DNA of 58,849 nt, counting the filler, from an uncultured archaeon (GTDB lineage Archaea; Nanobdellota; Nanobdellia; Woesearchaeales; CAIVOO01): the NCBI GenBank assembly GCA_903842985.1. It is 5 parts of 5 records of this genome, joined end to end, with 100 filler letters (N's around TTAATTAATTAA, not from the genome) between each part and the next. Parts side by side here need not be neighbours in the genome. Positions count along the whole stretch, not along the records: positions 9,574 to 38,851 come from CAIMOB010000054.1; 4 more parts are not named here. One strand, 5' to 3'. Position 1 is the first letter of the stretch. Every line of letters begins with the position of its first letter. Shown here in pieces: positions 19,205-29,806 of the stretch. A program made the position numbers and the translations under genes. Under the pieces are notes generated by a model. That model ran no database searches, had not been told where the DNA came from, and saw only the letters and a list, made by a program, of their open reading frames with translations.

Positions 19205-20929
19205 ATGATTTTGCTTCAAATATCTCTTTTAATAATGCTGGTTCCAGCATATCTTCTTGCAAGAATTTTTGTAACAACAGAACTGCTGAAAACAATTGCA
19301 GTATCGATTGGTTTTGCAGTTGTAATCTCTATCCTCTCAGGCTTTCTGCTTAATTTTATTGAAATCTCAACATTAAGTGTCTGGATTTTTTACCTGCTTT
19401 TAACCATCATGCTGTCTCTTGTTGTTTGTTTCAGAAAAATTGAGCTATTTCCGAAAATTGAAATCAGCAGAAATAAATTAATTATTCTGCTGGCTGCACT
19501 TCTGCTGTCTTCAGCAGTAATTTATTATCCAAGAGCAGACTATCCTTATCCGAATCAGGTTGATGAATGGACCCATCTTTCTTATGCAGACAAAATAATC
19601 AGCACAGGTCATTTGTTCAACAGTCCATATGGCAATTATGCAGAGTATAATCTTGAGTCAGGAACCCATATCTTAATTGCAGAGGTTTTTCTTCTGACAA
19701 ATGAGGACATGATTACAAACTACAAATTTCTGCCTGTAATTTTTATCATTTTCACTGCATTTGTTCTGTTCACTAGTGTTTATGCCATAACAAGAAAATT
19801 CTGGCTTTCGATGCTCCCAATATTATTTCTTCTTTCGCTGAAAAGCAATGCCAATATTCTCGGCACGTGGCTGTTTACCCCTTTTTCAATGTCTTTCCCG
19901 CTTGTTTTTCTCTTTTTGTTCCTGTTTTCTGAAGGAATCAGCAACGAAAAGAACAATTACCTGCTTTCGTCGCTTGCTATTCTGATTATTACGATACTAT
20001 TTCACGCGAGCACAGCGATAATGATGGGTGCAGTCGGCGCTGTTTTTCTTATTCTTAATCCAAATTATCTCAAAAAACATTACACCTGGCTGTCTGCTTC
20101 ATTAATTGCATTGATTCTAACAGGGCTGATATTCTCAAAATTAATGTGGAATACTGGAGTTGCAGAAACGATTGTAAAGATTCTTGGCTACCAGTTTCCA
20201 ATGGGCGTGTCATACACATACAACTACCTGACAGTTTATGGAATAATTCCTTCGTTGCTGGCAGTTCTTGGCCTCTGGATTGCAGCAAGCTCAAGGAAGT
20301 TGAGGATTTATGCTATATTTTGGGCAGTCATGTTTATTTATTACCTTGTTTCCCATCTTCTGCCATACACAATTTACATAGAGTACGCAAGAATTTTCTA
20401 TCTCCTTATGCTTTCTTCGGTTGTTTTGTCTGCGATAGGATTCTACTCGCTTGCAACATCATTAAAACAAAAATATCTAAAAATATTTATTGTTGCAGTA
20501 ATACTGATTCTTCTGGCAATGTTCCAATTCAGTCATTATTACAGCCCTAATCTTTCAGACCCAAAGGACATAAGGGCAAAATGGCACAGATACATTGATG
20601 AAAATGATTATGCTGCGCTTCTTTGGCTGAAAGACAGCCAAACCAAAGATAAGAAAATATTTACAACGCCTGAAATAGGCAATGTAATCCCCTGGACAGG
20701 CAACTACCCGTCTGCAAGGGTAAGACTTGTGCACGGCATGGCAGAAGAGACTAAGGACAGCCTTTTTTTCTTTTCAAACAGCACCTGCATGCAAAAAAGG
20801 GATATATTGAATAAATACAATCCAGATTATGTTTTTTCAAAAAAGACAATTGGATGCGATTTCCTGAAACTTGAATACCAAAATACAGATTACCTTTATT
20901 CAATCAATATTCCTGCACAGGCAAGATAA
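19205..20929 (+). CDS. polytopic membrane protein, GT-C-like (putative glycosyltransferase)
   Basis: Many TM helices, loop motif DEWTH, soluble C-terminal domain (AALLWLK); next to glycosyltransferases; start at ATG 19205. Confidence 0.6.
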   Translation: MILLQISLLIMLVPAYLLARIFVTTELLKTIAVSIGFAVVISILSGFLLNFIEISTLSVWIFYLLLTIMLSLVVCFRKIELFPKIEISRNKLIILLAALLLSSAVIYYPRADYPYPNQVDEWTHLSYADKIISTGHLFNSPYGNYAEYNLESGTHILIAEVFLLTNEDMITNYKFLPVIFIIFTAFVLFTSVYAITRKFWLSMLPILFLLSLKSNANILGTWLFTPFSMSFPLVFLFLFLFSEGISNEKNNYLLSSLAILIITILFHASTAIMMGAVGAVFLILNPNYLKKHYTWLSASLIALILTGLIFSKLMWNTGVAETIVKILGYQFPMGVSYTYNYLTVYGIIPSLLAVLGLWIAASSRKLRIYAIFWAVMFIYYLVSHLLPYTIYIEYARIFYLLMLSSVVLSAIGFYSLATSLKQKYLKIFIVAVILILLAMFQFSHYYSPNLSDPKDIRAKWHRYIDENDYAALLWLKDSQTKDKKIFTTPEIGNVIPWTGNYPSARVRLVHGMAEETKDSLFFFSNSTCMQKRDILNKYNPDYVFSKKTIGCDFLKLEYQNTDYLYSINIPAQAR

Positions 20930-21005
20930 TATAAAAGTATATTTAAATATTAAGGGTAATATTTATAAAAGTGGTTGTTTTCACCGCTTCTGGGGGTATT
21001 TATAA

Positions 21006-22157
21006 ATGAAAGAAAGAGTTGAGCTTAGCGTAGTTCTTCCTTGCAGGAATGAGGAAAAAGCAATAGGGTTCTGCATTAATTCCATAAAGAAAGTTTTTGA
21101 AGAAAACAGCATAAAAGGTGAAATCATTGTTTCTGACTCATCTTCTGACAAGTCCCCAATAATTGCCACAAAGCTTGGCGCGAGGGTAGTAAAGCATGAC
21201 AAAAAAGGATATGGCATTGCATATTTGGAAGGATTTAAGGCCGCAAAAGGCAAATATATCTTCTGCGCAGATGCAGACGGCACATATGATTTTAACGAGA
21301 TTCCTAATTTTCTTCACTATTTAAGGAAGGGCTATGATTTTGTCATAGGCGACAGGTTCGGCAAAAATATTGACAAGGATGCTATGCCCTGGCTGCATAG
21401 GCATGTTGGAAACCCGATTCTCTCAGGAATGCTCCGGCTTTTTTTCAAGGCGCCTGTTAATGATGCCCACTGCGGTATGAGGGCTTTGTCAAAAAAGGCG
21501 CTTGGCAATCTCGATCTGAAAACAACAGGCATGGAATTTGCTTCTGAAATGGTCGTAAAGGCCATAAAAAATAAGTTATGGATAAAGGAACTTCCAATCA
21601 GCTATCATAAAAGAGTCGGCGAGTCGAAACTCAGCACTTTCTCAGACGGCTGGAGGCATCTGAGATTCATGCTTTTATATGCCCCAGATTATCTTTTTAT
21701 GATCCCAGGTTTATTATTCCTGATTCTCGGCTTGATAGTAATGGCCATGTTTCTCATAGGTCCAATAAACATTGATGGGCTTGTACTATACACGCATCCG
21801 ATGATTGTAGGAAGCTTCTTAACAATCCTCGGTTACCAGATAATCACATCAGGTGTTTATGCAAAAACATATGCTGTTTCAATTGGATTCGAGAAGAAAG
21901 ACAGGGTTGTTGACTTTATCGCAAAATATGTAACATTCGAATCTGGGATAATTGTTGGAATGCTGTTACTGTTGGTCAGCTTTATCCTTGGGTTTGGTAT
22001 CCTGTTTGACTGGGTTAGCAAAGGATATCCTGGGATTCTTAAAACAAACGACATGATTTTAATACTGACGCTGGCAGTTATAGGAATTCAGACGATGTTT
22101 TCGGCATTCTTCCTAAGCGCGCTGCTGGTTGAGAAGAGGGAATACGATGATTGCTGA
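21006..22157 (+). CDS. GT2 glycosyltransferase (Dol-P-Man synthase-like) with C-terminal TMs
   Basis: SVVLPCRNEE, GYGIAY, DADGTY, DAHCGMR, GMEFASEM. Confidence 0.9.
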   Translation: MKERVELSVVLPCRNEEKAIGFCINSIKKVFEENSIKGEIIVSDSSSDKSPIIATKLGARVVKHDKKGYGIAYLEGFKAAKGKYIFCADADGTYDFNEIPNFLHYLRKGYDFVIGDRFGKNIDKDAMPWLHRHVGNPILSGMLRLFFKAPVNDAHCGMRALSKKALGNLDLKTTGMEFASEMVVKAIKNKLWIKELPISYHKRVGESKLSTFSDGWRHLRFMLLYAPDYLFMIPGLLFLILGLIVMAMFLIGPINIDGLVLYTHPMIVGSFLTILGYQIITSGVYAKTYAVSIGFEKKDRVVDFIAKYVTFESGIIVGMLLLLVSFILGFGILFDWVSKGYPGILKTNDMILILTLAVIGIQTMFSAFFLSALLVEKREYDDC

Positions 22158-23934
22158 GATTCTGCTAAAAATTTTTGGGACGATACTGTTTTTTTTGCCT
22201 GGAGTGCTGCTGAGCTTTGTTCTGTTCAGGAAGCTTGATTTTATCGAAAGGACAGCATATTCAATTGTTCTTTCATTCTTGACTGCAATAATTATCGGTA
22301 CGATTCTAGCCTGGGTTGGAAAACTTTTTCCATTTTATATAATCACTGTGATGATTTTACTTAACCTGCTGCTTGCTGGTATTGTCTACATTAAAAAAAA
22401 CAGCGGATTTTCAACAGAAAAAATAAACCTGCATTTTATCTTGATTCTTGTTTTTTCGCTTGCCGGCGCAGGCTGGAGGTATTTTTTTTATTCGCAGGCA
22501 AATGCCTGGGGCGACGGAATAATAACCCACGTAAATATTATTCTTGAAAACGCCATAGCCCAGACAGGAAGTGCTGTTGCTTCTGTGCCAAACCTTAACT
22601 TTTATACGGGAATTGTACAGGACCATGCAAGTTTCATCGGCAGCTATGCAGCATCAATTATTTTCAAGCTGCTTTCATTCAACAGCAAGTCACTTGAACT
22701 TGTCCTTGCAGTTCTGATTTTGTCAAGCTTTGCTTACATTGCTGCAAAGCAGTTCACAAAGGATTCCAAACTAGCATTATTTTGCGCTGCAGTAATGGCG
22801 CTCGGCCCTATTGAAATATGGCATTCTTCCCTGTCCCCTTATTTTTATACTATTTATTTTATGGCATTAATTTCGCTTTTTATAATGTTCAAGACAGAAG
22901 AAAAGGGATTCTTATGGTTCACATTCATATTTGCTTTTTCAATGATGGTAACTAATTATACTGCTTCTCTTGTTATGATGATAGCATCTATCGGTTTTGT
23001 AATTGCACTGGCTCTTAAAAATCTGAAGCTTAAAAATTTTTCAAAATCTTTTTTCGATTTAATCAGGCAGAAAAAATTCATTTCATATATTGCAATAATC
23101 CTGCTGCTTTTTTCGTTTATATTCTTATTTGCAGGCAAAAGTATTGTGGGTTACACATCACACAATATTCATGCAACTGTTCAAAATGTAGCGCAGCTCG
23201 ATACGACAGCAGAGACAACAATACCTGAACCTGTAAGGCCTTACAAGCCAGCAATAATGCTTCTCGGTCTTACGCCACTAACTTGGCAGGGCATTTATCT
23301 TCTGTTTCTGGGACTTAATTTTGTAATCTATTTTTTAATAGGAAAAAACACAAAAGATGACTGGGACATTGCCTATTCAATTATTCCTGTTGTGTTGGTT
23401 GGTCTTTCGTTCTTAGCAGTAAACTATGTTGGAAGGGCTTTCTCTTATCTTGTATTTTTTGCGCTGCTGTCTGTGAAAATTCCGAAAAAATCGTTTAATA
23501 TGTTTGCAGTGCTTTCAATAATATTCCTGGTTTTCACTGGATTTTTTGCAGCTTCTCAAACAATCGAGTTTTTAACAAATTCAAATGGGGAAATTGCTGC
23601 TGCGAACTGGGCAGCGGCGAATCTGGACGGAAGGCTCCTAAGTGACGAGCGTTTCCTCAGCCTGGTCATACAAAAGGGATATTACAATGTCACAGGTTTT
23701 GAAGATAATTCTGTTTATGTGATGCCTATTTTTTACAGGAACAGCAGTGAAAACGCCTCAGTTGTATTTGCCAAGCTTAATACAACTTATTTTGCAGACA
23801 CAAAAAGAATGAGAGAAAACTACATCCTGATGTTGAACTCCCCCCAGCAGCCAATTGAGAATTCACAGATGTATGAGGATAATTTTAAAAAGATTTATGA
23901 CAACGGGGATGTGAGGGTATATAAAATAAAATGA
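22147..23934 (+). CDS. polytopic membrane protein, GT-C-like
   Basis: More than 12 hydrophobic segments, FFLPG N-terminus, C-terminal KIYDNGDVRVY. Confidence 0.6.
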   Translation: MIAEILLKIFGTILFFLPGVLLSFVLFRKLDFIERTAYSIVLSFLTAIIIGTILAWVGKLFPFYIITVMILLNLLLAGIVYIKKNSGFSTEKINLHFILILVFSLAGAGWRYFFYSQANAWGDGIITHVNIILENAIAQTGSAVASVPNLNFYTGIVQDHASFIGSYAASIIFKLLSFNSKSLELVLAVLILSSFAYIAAKQFTKDSKLALFCAAVMALGPIEIWHSSLSPYFYTIYFMALISLFIMFKTEEKGFLWFTFIFAFSMMVTNYTASLVMMIASIGFVIALALKNLKLKNFSKSFFDLIRQKKFISYIAIILLLFSFIFLFAGKSIVGYTSHNIHATVQNVAQLDTTAETTIPEPVRPYKPAIMLLGLTPLTWQGIYLLFLGLNFVIYFLIGKNTKDDWDIAYSIIPVVLVGLSFLAVNYVGRAFSYLVFFALLSVKIPKKSFNMFAVLSIIFLVFTGFFAASQTIEFLTNSNGEIAAANWAAANLDGRLLSDERFLSLVIQKGYYNVTGFEDNSVYVMPIFYRNSSENASVVFAKLNTTYFADTKRMRENYILMLNSPQQPIENSQMYEDNFKKIYDNGDVRVYKIK

Positions 23935-25025
23935 AAATAGCAGTCTTTAATAACTTCTTGGACAACATTGGGGGAGCAGAAATAGTCACGCTTACGCTCG
24001 CAAGGGAGCTGAAAGCGGACCTTTACACAACAAATGTTGATATGAAAAAAATAAGAAAAATGGGTTTTGGCAATATAAAAATTATTTCTTTGGGAAAAAT
24101 TCCGATAAACGCGCCTTTCAGGCAGCAGTTAGCTTTCTGGAAATTCAGAAGTCTGAATCTCGGAAAAAAATATGATTTTTACATTATTTCGGGCGACTGG
24201 GCGATGTCAGCAGTCGTAAACAACAAGCCAAACCTTTGGTATATCTATTCGCCGCTTAACGAACTGTGGGAATTCAATGATTATGTCAGAAAAGAAGTTG
24301 TACCCGCTTGGAAGCGGCCAATTTTTGATGTTTGGGTTTGGTTCAACAGGATGTTAAATCTGAAATATATTAAGCATGCGCAGATGCTTGTCAGCGATTC
24401 GAAAAATGTGCAGGGCAGAGTAAGAAAGTATTACAACCGTGATTCTGTTGTAATAACCCCTCCGACTGAAACAACAAGACACAAATACAAAAAGCACAAG
24501 GACTATTGGCTTTCTGTAAATAGGGTTACGAAGAACAAGAGAATAGAATTGCAACTGAATGCTTTTAGCAGGCTTCCAAAAGAAAAGCTAGTTATTGTTG
24601 GAAGCTATGAAAAGGGTGTGGAGCAGTTCGAGAACTACAAAAAGTTCATTGAAAAAATAATGCCTGCAAATGTTGAGATGAAGGCGTGGGTTAGCAATGA
24701 CGAGCTTGTTGAGCTGTACAACAACTGCAAGGGATTCATAACAACTTCAAGGAATGAGGATTTTGGAATGACGCCTATTGAAGCCATGGCTTCTGGAAAG
24801 CCTGTGATTGCGCCGAATGAAGGCGGATACAAGGAAAGCGTGATAGACGGCGTGACAGGAAAGCTGATTGACAACATTAACTCCGACAAGATTGTTAAAG
24901 CTATCAAAGAGATTGGTAAAAATCCTGAAAAATATAAGGAAGCGTGCATCAAGAGGGCAAGGGAGTTTGATACCAAAGAATTTATCAGGAAAATCAAGGA
25001 GCAGATTAAAAATGGAAAATCCTAA
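23931..25025 (+). CDS. GT4 glycosyltransferase
   Basis: GGAE, NR..KNKR, EDFGMTPIEAMASGKPVI. Confidence 0.92.
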   Translation: MKIAVFNNFLDNIGGAEIVTLTLARELKADLYTTNVDMKKIRKMGFGNIKIISLGKIPINAPFRQQLAFWKFRSLNLGKKYDFYIISGDWAMSAVVNNKPNLWYIYSPLNELWEFNDYVRKEVVPAWKRPIFDVWVWFNRMLNLKYIKHAQMLVSDSKNVQGRVRKYYNRDSVVITPPTETTRHKYKKHKDYWLSVNRVTKNKRIELQLNAFSRLPKEKLVIVGSYEKGVEQFENYKKFIEKIMPANVEMKAWVSNDELVELYNNCKGFITTSRNEDFGMTPIEAMASGKPVIAPNEGGYKESVIDGVTGKLIDNINSDKIVKAIKEIGKNPEKYKEACIKRAREFDTKEFIRKIKEQIKNGKS

Positions 25026-25881
25026 AGTTTCAGTGATGATACCTGTATATAACGGAGAAAAAACTCTGAAACAGTGCATAGCTTCTGTCCTGAATCAGTC
25101 TTACAAGAACTATGAAGTTATTGTAGTTGACAACAATTCAACAGATGAAACAGAAGAGATAATAAAAAAATTTCATAAGTTGAATCCAAAAGTCAAATAT
25201 ATATTTGAAGAAAAAATAGGGAGAAGCGCTGCCAGAAATGCCGGGATAAAATCTTCTGTGGGGAAGATTGTTGTCATGACTGATAGCGACTGCGTTGTTT
25301 CAAAGAATTGGATTGAAAAAATCATCAGGCCAATTGTATATGAAAATGAGACGGCAGTTATGGGTTTTGAAGAGGATTTGGTAAAAAATTATTGGACAAA
25401 AAATACTCAGAAAGCAGATTGGCGTTTTATAAAAAGAAATGTCTCAGGAAAATATGTAAACACAGTTGATACTAAAAATTTTGCAATAAAATCTTCTGTT
25501 TTGAAGCAATTAATGTTTGACCCTAAAATTATAAACTGTGACGATTTTGATTTTTATCTGCGCCTAAAACAGATTGCTAAAGTAAGATTCCTCCCGAATG
25601 TGAGAGTCGGACACTACCATAAAAATTCTTTCTTAGGTACAGTTAAGATCAATTTTGAGAGGGCGATTTGGATAGTAAGGATTTATAAAAAGTTTAGGAA
25701 CAAGATAGATTTGCAAAAAGAATATGTGACTGAAAGTATCTTTTTGAAAAAAGGGACAACCTTCCTTTTTTGGAAACTAATTCAATTTTTAAGAATGCCT
25801 ATTGGAGAAGCTTTTTTTGCATTAGTCTCAGCAATCTCTTGGAGAGCAGGTCTTATTGCCGGATGGCTGAGCAAATATTAA
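25012..25881 (+). CDS. GT2 glycosyltransferase
   Basis: VSVMIPVYNGE, VVDNNSTD, ARNAG, TDSDC; start at ATG 25012. Confidence 0.9.
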   Translation: MENPKVSVMIPVYNGEKTLKQCIASVLNQSYKNYEVIVVDNNSTDETEEIIKKFHKLNPKVKYIFEEKIGRSAARNAGIKSSVGKIVVMTDSDCVVSKNWIEKIIRPIVYENETAVMGFEEDLVKNYWTKNTQKADWRFIKRNVSGKYVNTVDTKNFAIKSSVLKQLMFDPKIINCDDFDFYLRLKQIAKVRFLPNVRVGHYHKNSFLGTVKINFERAIWIVRIYKKFRNKIDLQKEYVTESIFLKKGTTFLFWKLIQFLRMPIGEAFFALVSAISWRAGLIAGWLSKY

Positions 25882-25921
25882 CTTCTTAAAAGCCTATTTT
25901 TAAATATTTGACAAAAAAGAA

Positions 25922-27193
25922 TTATTCATATCTGAGCGCATCAACTGGTTTCAGCTTTGACGCCCTGTATGCTGGCACTACTCCGGCAATCACTCCAATC
26001 AACACTGCAAAAAACAATGCGCCAATGATTAATTGTGGAGTTAGTAGTGCAGTTGAACCAAGCCTGCTTAGGAAGCCTCCTGGGCCTCCTCCTGTGGATG
26101 TTGTTATCCCGCTCATAGAACTTATTAAACTTGCGGCAACGCCGCCAAGTATAACTCCGCCAAGCCCGCCGATGAATCCTATCATGCCTGAATTAAACAA
26201 GAATATCATCAAAATATCCCTATTCTTTGACCCTATCGCTTTCAGTATGCCAATGTCCCTTGTTTTTTCAAGAACAGATGTGAACATCGAGTTTGCTATT
26301 CCAATTGCACCAACTATTAAAGATATTGCTGCGATTGCGCCAAGAAATATTGTCATTGTATTTAATGTGGATTGTATTGTCGCCTGCATTGAAGTAGGCG
26401 AAGAAACAGAGAAATCTCTGCCTTTGTCATTTAATATCCCTCTTGAGAGCATAAGCTTTTTTGTTATGTCATTCAAAGTCTGGTTCGCAAAGTTCACATC
26501 TGCAATTTTCACAGATATTGATCCGAATTCTTCACTGCCTACGTCTGTCAGGACTTGCCTTGCACTTTCTTCAGGCATAAAAATTGATGAACCCTCCTGC
26601 AAAATTCCAACCACCTTGAATGATTTGCCTTCGATTGTTATCTTGCTGTTGAGAGGTATGGCTTTTTCAAAAACAGAGGTTGCAACACGATTTCCTATAA
26701 CAACAGAATAGGAGTCGCTTCCTATTAAAAACCTTCCTGAACTTATTTTTTCAGTGGTAATGTCTGACCATATAGAACTATCAACGCCTGTCACAGAAAG
26801 CGAAGCTGTCTTGCCTAAATAGCTGACATCAACTCTTCCTGAAACAGTGCCCATTACATATTTGACATTCTGGACGCTCTTAAGCGCCATGACATCCTTT
26901 GCTGTAAGGTTTTTTCCGCTAAGAGATGATGAAGAGCCCGGAGGACCTCCTCCCTCTCTTTCTCCGCCAAATCCAAATCCTCTTGCCCTTGAATAGCCCG
27001 GGCTCACTGTTATTATGTCTGCCCCAAGATTGCTAAAACTGCTTTCAAGGGTCTGCTGCGCGCCCTGGCTTATAGAAACAATTGATACAACTGCAGCAAT
27101 TCCAATTACAATGCCGATAATCGTCAGCCAGCTCCTTAATTTGCTGTGAACAAGTATATTAAGGGCAAGCTGGAAGGATTTTTTAAGTCGCAT
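25922..27193 (-). CDS. MacB/FtsX-like ABC transporter permease
   Basis: KLRSWLTIIGIVIGIAAVV; VGAIGIANSMFTSVLEKTRDIGILKAIG; PAYRASKLKPVDALRYE. Confidence 0.93.
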   Translation of the reverse strand: MRLKKSFQLALNILVHSKLRSWLTIIGIVIGIAAVVSIVSISQGAQQTLESSFSNLGADIITVSPGYSRARGFGFGGEREGGGPPGSSSSLSGKNLTAKDVMALKSVQNVKYVMGTVSGRVDVSYLGKTASLSVTGVDSSIWSDITTEKISSGRFLIGSDSYSVVIGNRVATSVFEKAIPLNSKITIEGKSFKVVGILQEGSSIFMPEESARQVLTDVGSEEFGSISVKIADVNFANQTLNDITKKLMLSRGILNDKGRDFSVSSPTSMQATIQSTLNTMTIFLGAIAAISLIVGAIGIANSMFTSVLEKTRDIGILKAIGSKNRDILMIFLFNSGMIGFIGGLGGVILGGVAASLISSMSGITTSTGGGPGGFLSRLGSTALLTPQLIIGALFFAVLIGVIAGVVPAYRASKLKPVDALRYE

Positions 27194-27198
27194 CGGGA

Positions 27199-28320
27199 TT
27201 ACTTATTTTTTCCCTTCTTTTCGGAGTTTTTAACCCAATCAGGGATTTCATGAGAGATTGTGCCTTTCTTCCCTTCCCTTTTAATGTTGTAAACCCTGTA
27301 AGCAATGAATGCCATTATTAAAATAAGCACCACAATGACCCAGGGATTGCTTGAAGGCAAGAGGCTGCTGCTTGTTTTTGTTGTGGTTGCTCTGATTCCT
27401 GAAGTTCTGATTCCTGAAAAATTATTTGTGGCATTGCCATAATTAAATGGAAGCGCCATGTTAACTACCCTTCTTTCCCCAATGTTATCTGTGTAGTAAA
27501 TGTCAAATTTCAATTCCTTGGGAGCAGTATTTTGAGTACGGGTCATATTTCTAAGGCGAGTTATGTTTTTGGGAGCAGTATTTTGAGAAGGCATATTTTT
27601 AGGAAGGGTCATGTTTTGAGCGGACATGCCTGCTCTTTTAGATGAAACTTCAAAACTTACCATTGAATAATCTCCGCTGTCGATGTTTCCAACCATCTGC
27701 CCGTCAGTTCCAACCACGCTGAAATATTCCTGCTCGGGAATCCTGACTACAACAGAATTTGCAGCATATTTTCCTGTATTTGCTATTGCTATGGAAACTT
27801 GCGAGCCTGTCGATTCCTGAATGACCGCATCAAAACTTGTTCTTGCGTCTTGGACTTTTATCTTGAACTTTTTTATTATTGGAGTATCCAACGCCTTGTT
27901 GCCCGGAACATAATGTATCTCAATTTCAGATTCCTCATCAAGCGCATCCTTGTCCACTCTTAATTTATAAGGCAAAACCCACACGCCGTTGTAGCCATAG
28001 GCGTAGGTTGTTGCATTCAAAGTTCTCACTGCGTCGTTTGTATCAAGCGAAAATGGATAGGTTGGAACAAATTCGAATTTTGCGCCGCCACAGTCAGGAT
28101 TCTGGATACCGCTGACCTGAAAAACAACAGTAACATAGCTGTCTGGCGTTGCAGGATACGGGTCCTGGCTGACCAGTGAAACATTCATAAGGTAGCAACC
28201 TGTGTAATACTTGTCTCCGCTGCTGGTTGTTGAGGTTGTTGATGCCGTTGGAGCGCGCACGCTCGCAATTGTGATTAAAACAAATCCTAAAATAATAAAC
28301 AGAGATTTTGAAAATTTCAT
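27199..28320 (-). CDS. COG1361-like S-layer-domain membrane-anchored protein
   Basis: Signal peptide, SQDPYPATP, IANTG motifs, C-terminal TM; sits inside the ABC operon. Confidence 0.7.
   Translation of the reverse strand: MKFSKSLFIILGFVLITIASVRAPTASTTSTTSSGDKYYTGCYLMNVSLVSQDPYPATPDSYVTVVFQVSGIQNPDCGGAKFEFVPTYPFSLDTNDAVRTLNATTYAYGYNGVWVLPYKLRVDKDALDEESEIEIHYVPGNKALDTPIIKKFKIKVQDARTSFDAVIQESTGSQVSIAIANTGKYAANSVVVRIPEQEYFSVVGTDGQMVGNIDSGDYSMVSFEVSSKRAGMSAQNMTLPKNMPSQNTAPKNITRLRNMTRTQNTAPKELKFDIYYTDNIGERRVVNMALPFNYGNATNNFSGIRTSGIRATTTKTSSSLLPSSNPWVIVVLILIMAFIAYRVYNIKREGKKGTISHEIPDWVKNSEKKGKNK
27518..27587. repeat. intragenic 19-bp direct repeat, 51-nt period
   Basis: TTGGGAGCAGTATTTTGAG at 27518 and 27569 (encodes QNTAPK twice). 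Confidence 0.8.
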
Positions 28321-29043
28321 TTATTTTGCCTCATTTTTGTTTATTCTTTCTTTTTCTATCATTCCATCCCTCAAATGAATTATTCTCTTTGCGTATTTTA
28401 CTAATTCAATATCGTGAGTTATTAAAATTATCGTTTTTCCATCGTCATTAAGCCTGGACAGGAAATCCATCACGAATTTCCCTGTTTTGCTGTCAAGGTT
28501 GCCTGTCGGCTCATCTGCAATTATGATTTCAGGGTCATTTGACAATGCCCTTGCTATTGCAACCCTCTGCTGCTGGCCGCCGCTCAGCTGGTTTGGCTTG
28601 TGGTGAAGCCTGTCTTTCAGACCCAGCGATTCAAGCAGCTGCGTTGCCCTTTCCTTTGCCTTGGAATCACTTTCATCAACTATTTGCATCGGAAGCATCA
28701 CATTTTCAAGCGCACTTAGTGTCGGAAGCAGGTTGAACTGCTGAAAAATGAAGCCAATTGTCTTTCCCCTGAGATAAGCGAGCGAGGATTCTGACATCTC
28801 TGCTATGTTTATGTCTTTCAGATAAACCGAGCCCCATGAAGAAATGTCAAGCGCGCCAACAATGTTAACCATTGTTGATTTTCCAGAGCCTGAGGGCCCT
28901 GTGATTGTGACAAATTCGCCGCGCTTTATCTTAAGCGTTATTTCTTTTAATACAATAAGCGGTTCTGCCTCGCCCATGTCATACTTTTTCCAGACATTCT
29001 CAAGGCGCAATATTACATCATCAGATTGCGTATTTTTGGCCAT
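28321..29043 (-). CDS. ABC transporter ATP-binding protein (LolD/MacB-like)
   Basis: GPSGSGKST, LSGGQQQRVAIARAL, ADEPTGNLD, ITHD. Confidence 0.95.
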   Translation of the reverse strand: MAKNTQSDDVILRLENVWKKYDMGEAEPLIVLKEITLKIKRGEFVTITGPSGSGKSTMVNIVGALDISSWGSVYLKDINIAEMSESSLAYLRGKTIGFIFQQFNLLPTLSALENVMLPMQIVDESDSKAKERATQLLESLGLKDRLHHKPNQLSGGQQQRVAIARALSNDPEIIIADEPTGNLDSKTGKFVMDFLSRLNDDGKTIILITHDIELVKYAKRIIHLRDGMIEKERINKNEAK

Positions 29044-29137
29044 AAGATTATTATATTTTAACTAGTATTTATAAATAAAATGTATTTAAAGTCCACATTG
29101 TATATAAATATTGCCAAATTAAATTTGATTTGAGGAA

Positions 29138-29806
29138 ATGACAATGCCGCCACATTTTTTTGACCTGCACATTTTAATCATAGAGCCAATTTTCACGCTT
29201 GTAACTGTGATTTTTTGCTTTTTGATTTATTTTAAAACCAAGGAAAGCTATGACCTTACCAGATACAAGGGAATTGGGTACTTTCGTGATGCATTTCTGT
29301 TCTTTGGGCTGTCTTATGTGCTGAGATTTGTTTTCAGCCTTGTTTTCTTTTCGACAATTGTATTTGATTTGATCCCTTCAAGGGAAATTTTCTCACCATT
29401 TTTCATATTTCTTTTGGGGTATTTCAGCACAATGGGGATATTTTATCTGATATTCAGCCTGGTTTGGAAGAAGTTCAACAACAGGAATATGCTTATTTTC
29501 GGGCACTCCATTGCGGTTTTGCTGTCAGTAATATCATTTATTACCCGGTCTCATATGATGATTATCTATCTTCAGTGCATTCTTCTAGTTATTGCAGTTG
29601 TGTTGAGCTTTGTTATGCACATGGGAAGAAAAAAATTATCAAAAACAAAATTGCTGTATCTCCTGGTTGCTGGGCTCTGGCTGATAAATCTTCTTGTTAT
29701 TGACAGAAGGAAGCCATTCTCTTCTGGTCTTGATATTTTCTTCGAAGCTGTTTCACTGGCAGTGTTTGCTGTGATTTATCATAAGATTTTAAAGTGGATA
29801 AAATGA
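29138..29806 (+). CDS. 7-TM membrane protein, putative sensor
   Basis: About 7 hydrophobic segments; ATGA overlap with the downstream wHTH gene. Confidence 0.6.
   Translation: MTMPPHFFDLHILIIEPIFTLVTVIFCFLIYFKTKESYDLTRYKGIGYFRDAFLFFGLSYVLRFVFSLVFFSTIVFDLIPSREIFSPFFIFLLGYFSTMGIFYLIFSLVWKKFNNRNMLIFGHSIAVLLSVISFITRSHMMIIYLQCILLVIAVVLSFVMHMGRKKLSKTKLLYLLVAGLWLINLLVIDRRKPFSSGLDIFFEAVSLAVFAVIYHKILKWIK

Noticed and set aside
25908..26711. 267-aa + strand ORF
   Set aside because: Antisense shadow of the ABC permease; the same applies to most other nested opposite-strand ORFs in the track.
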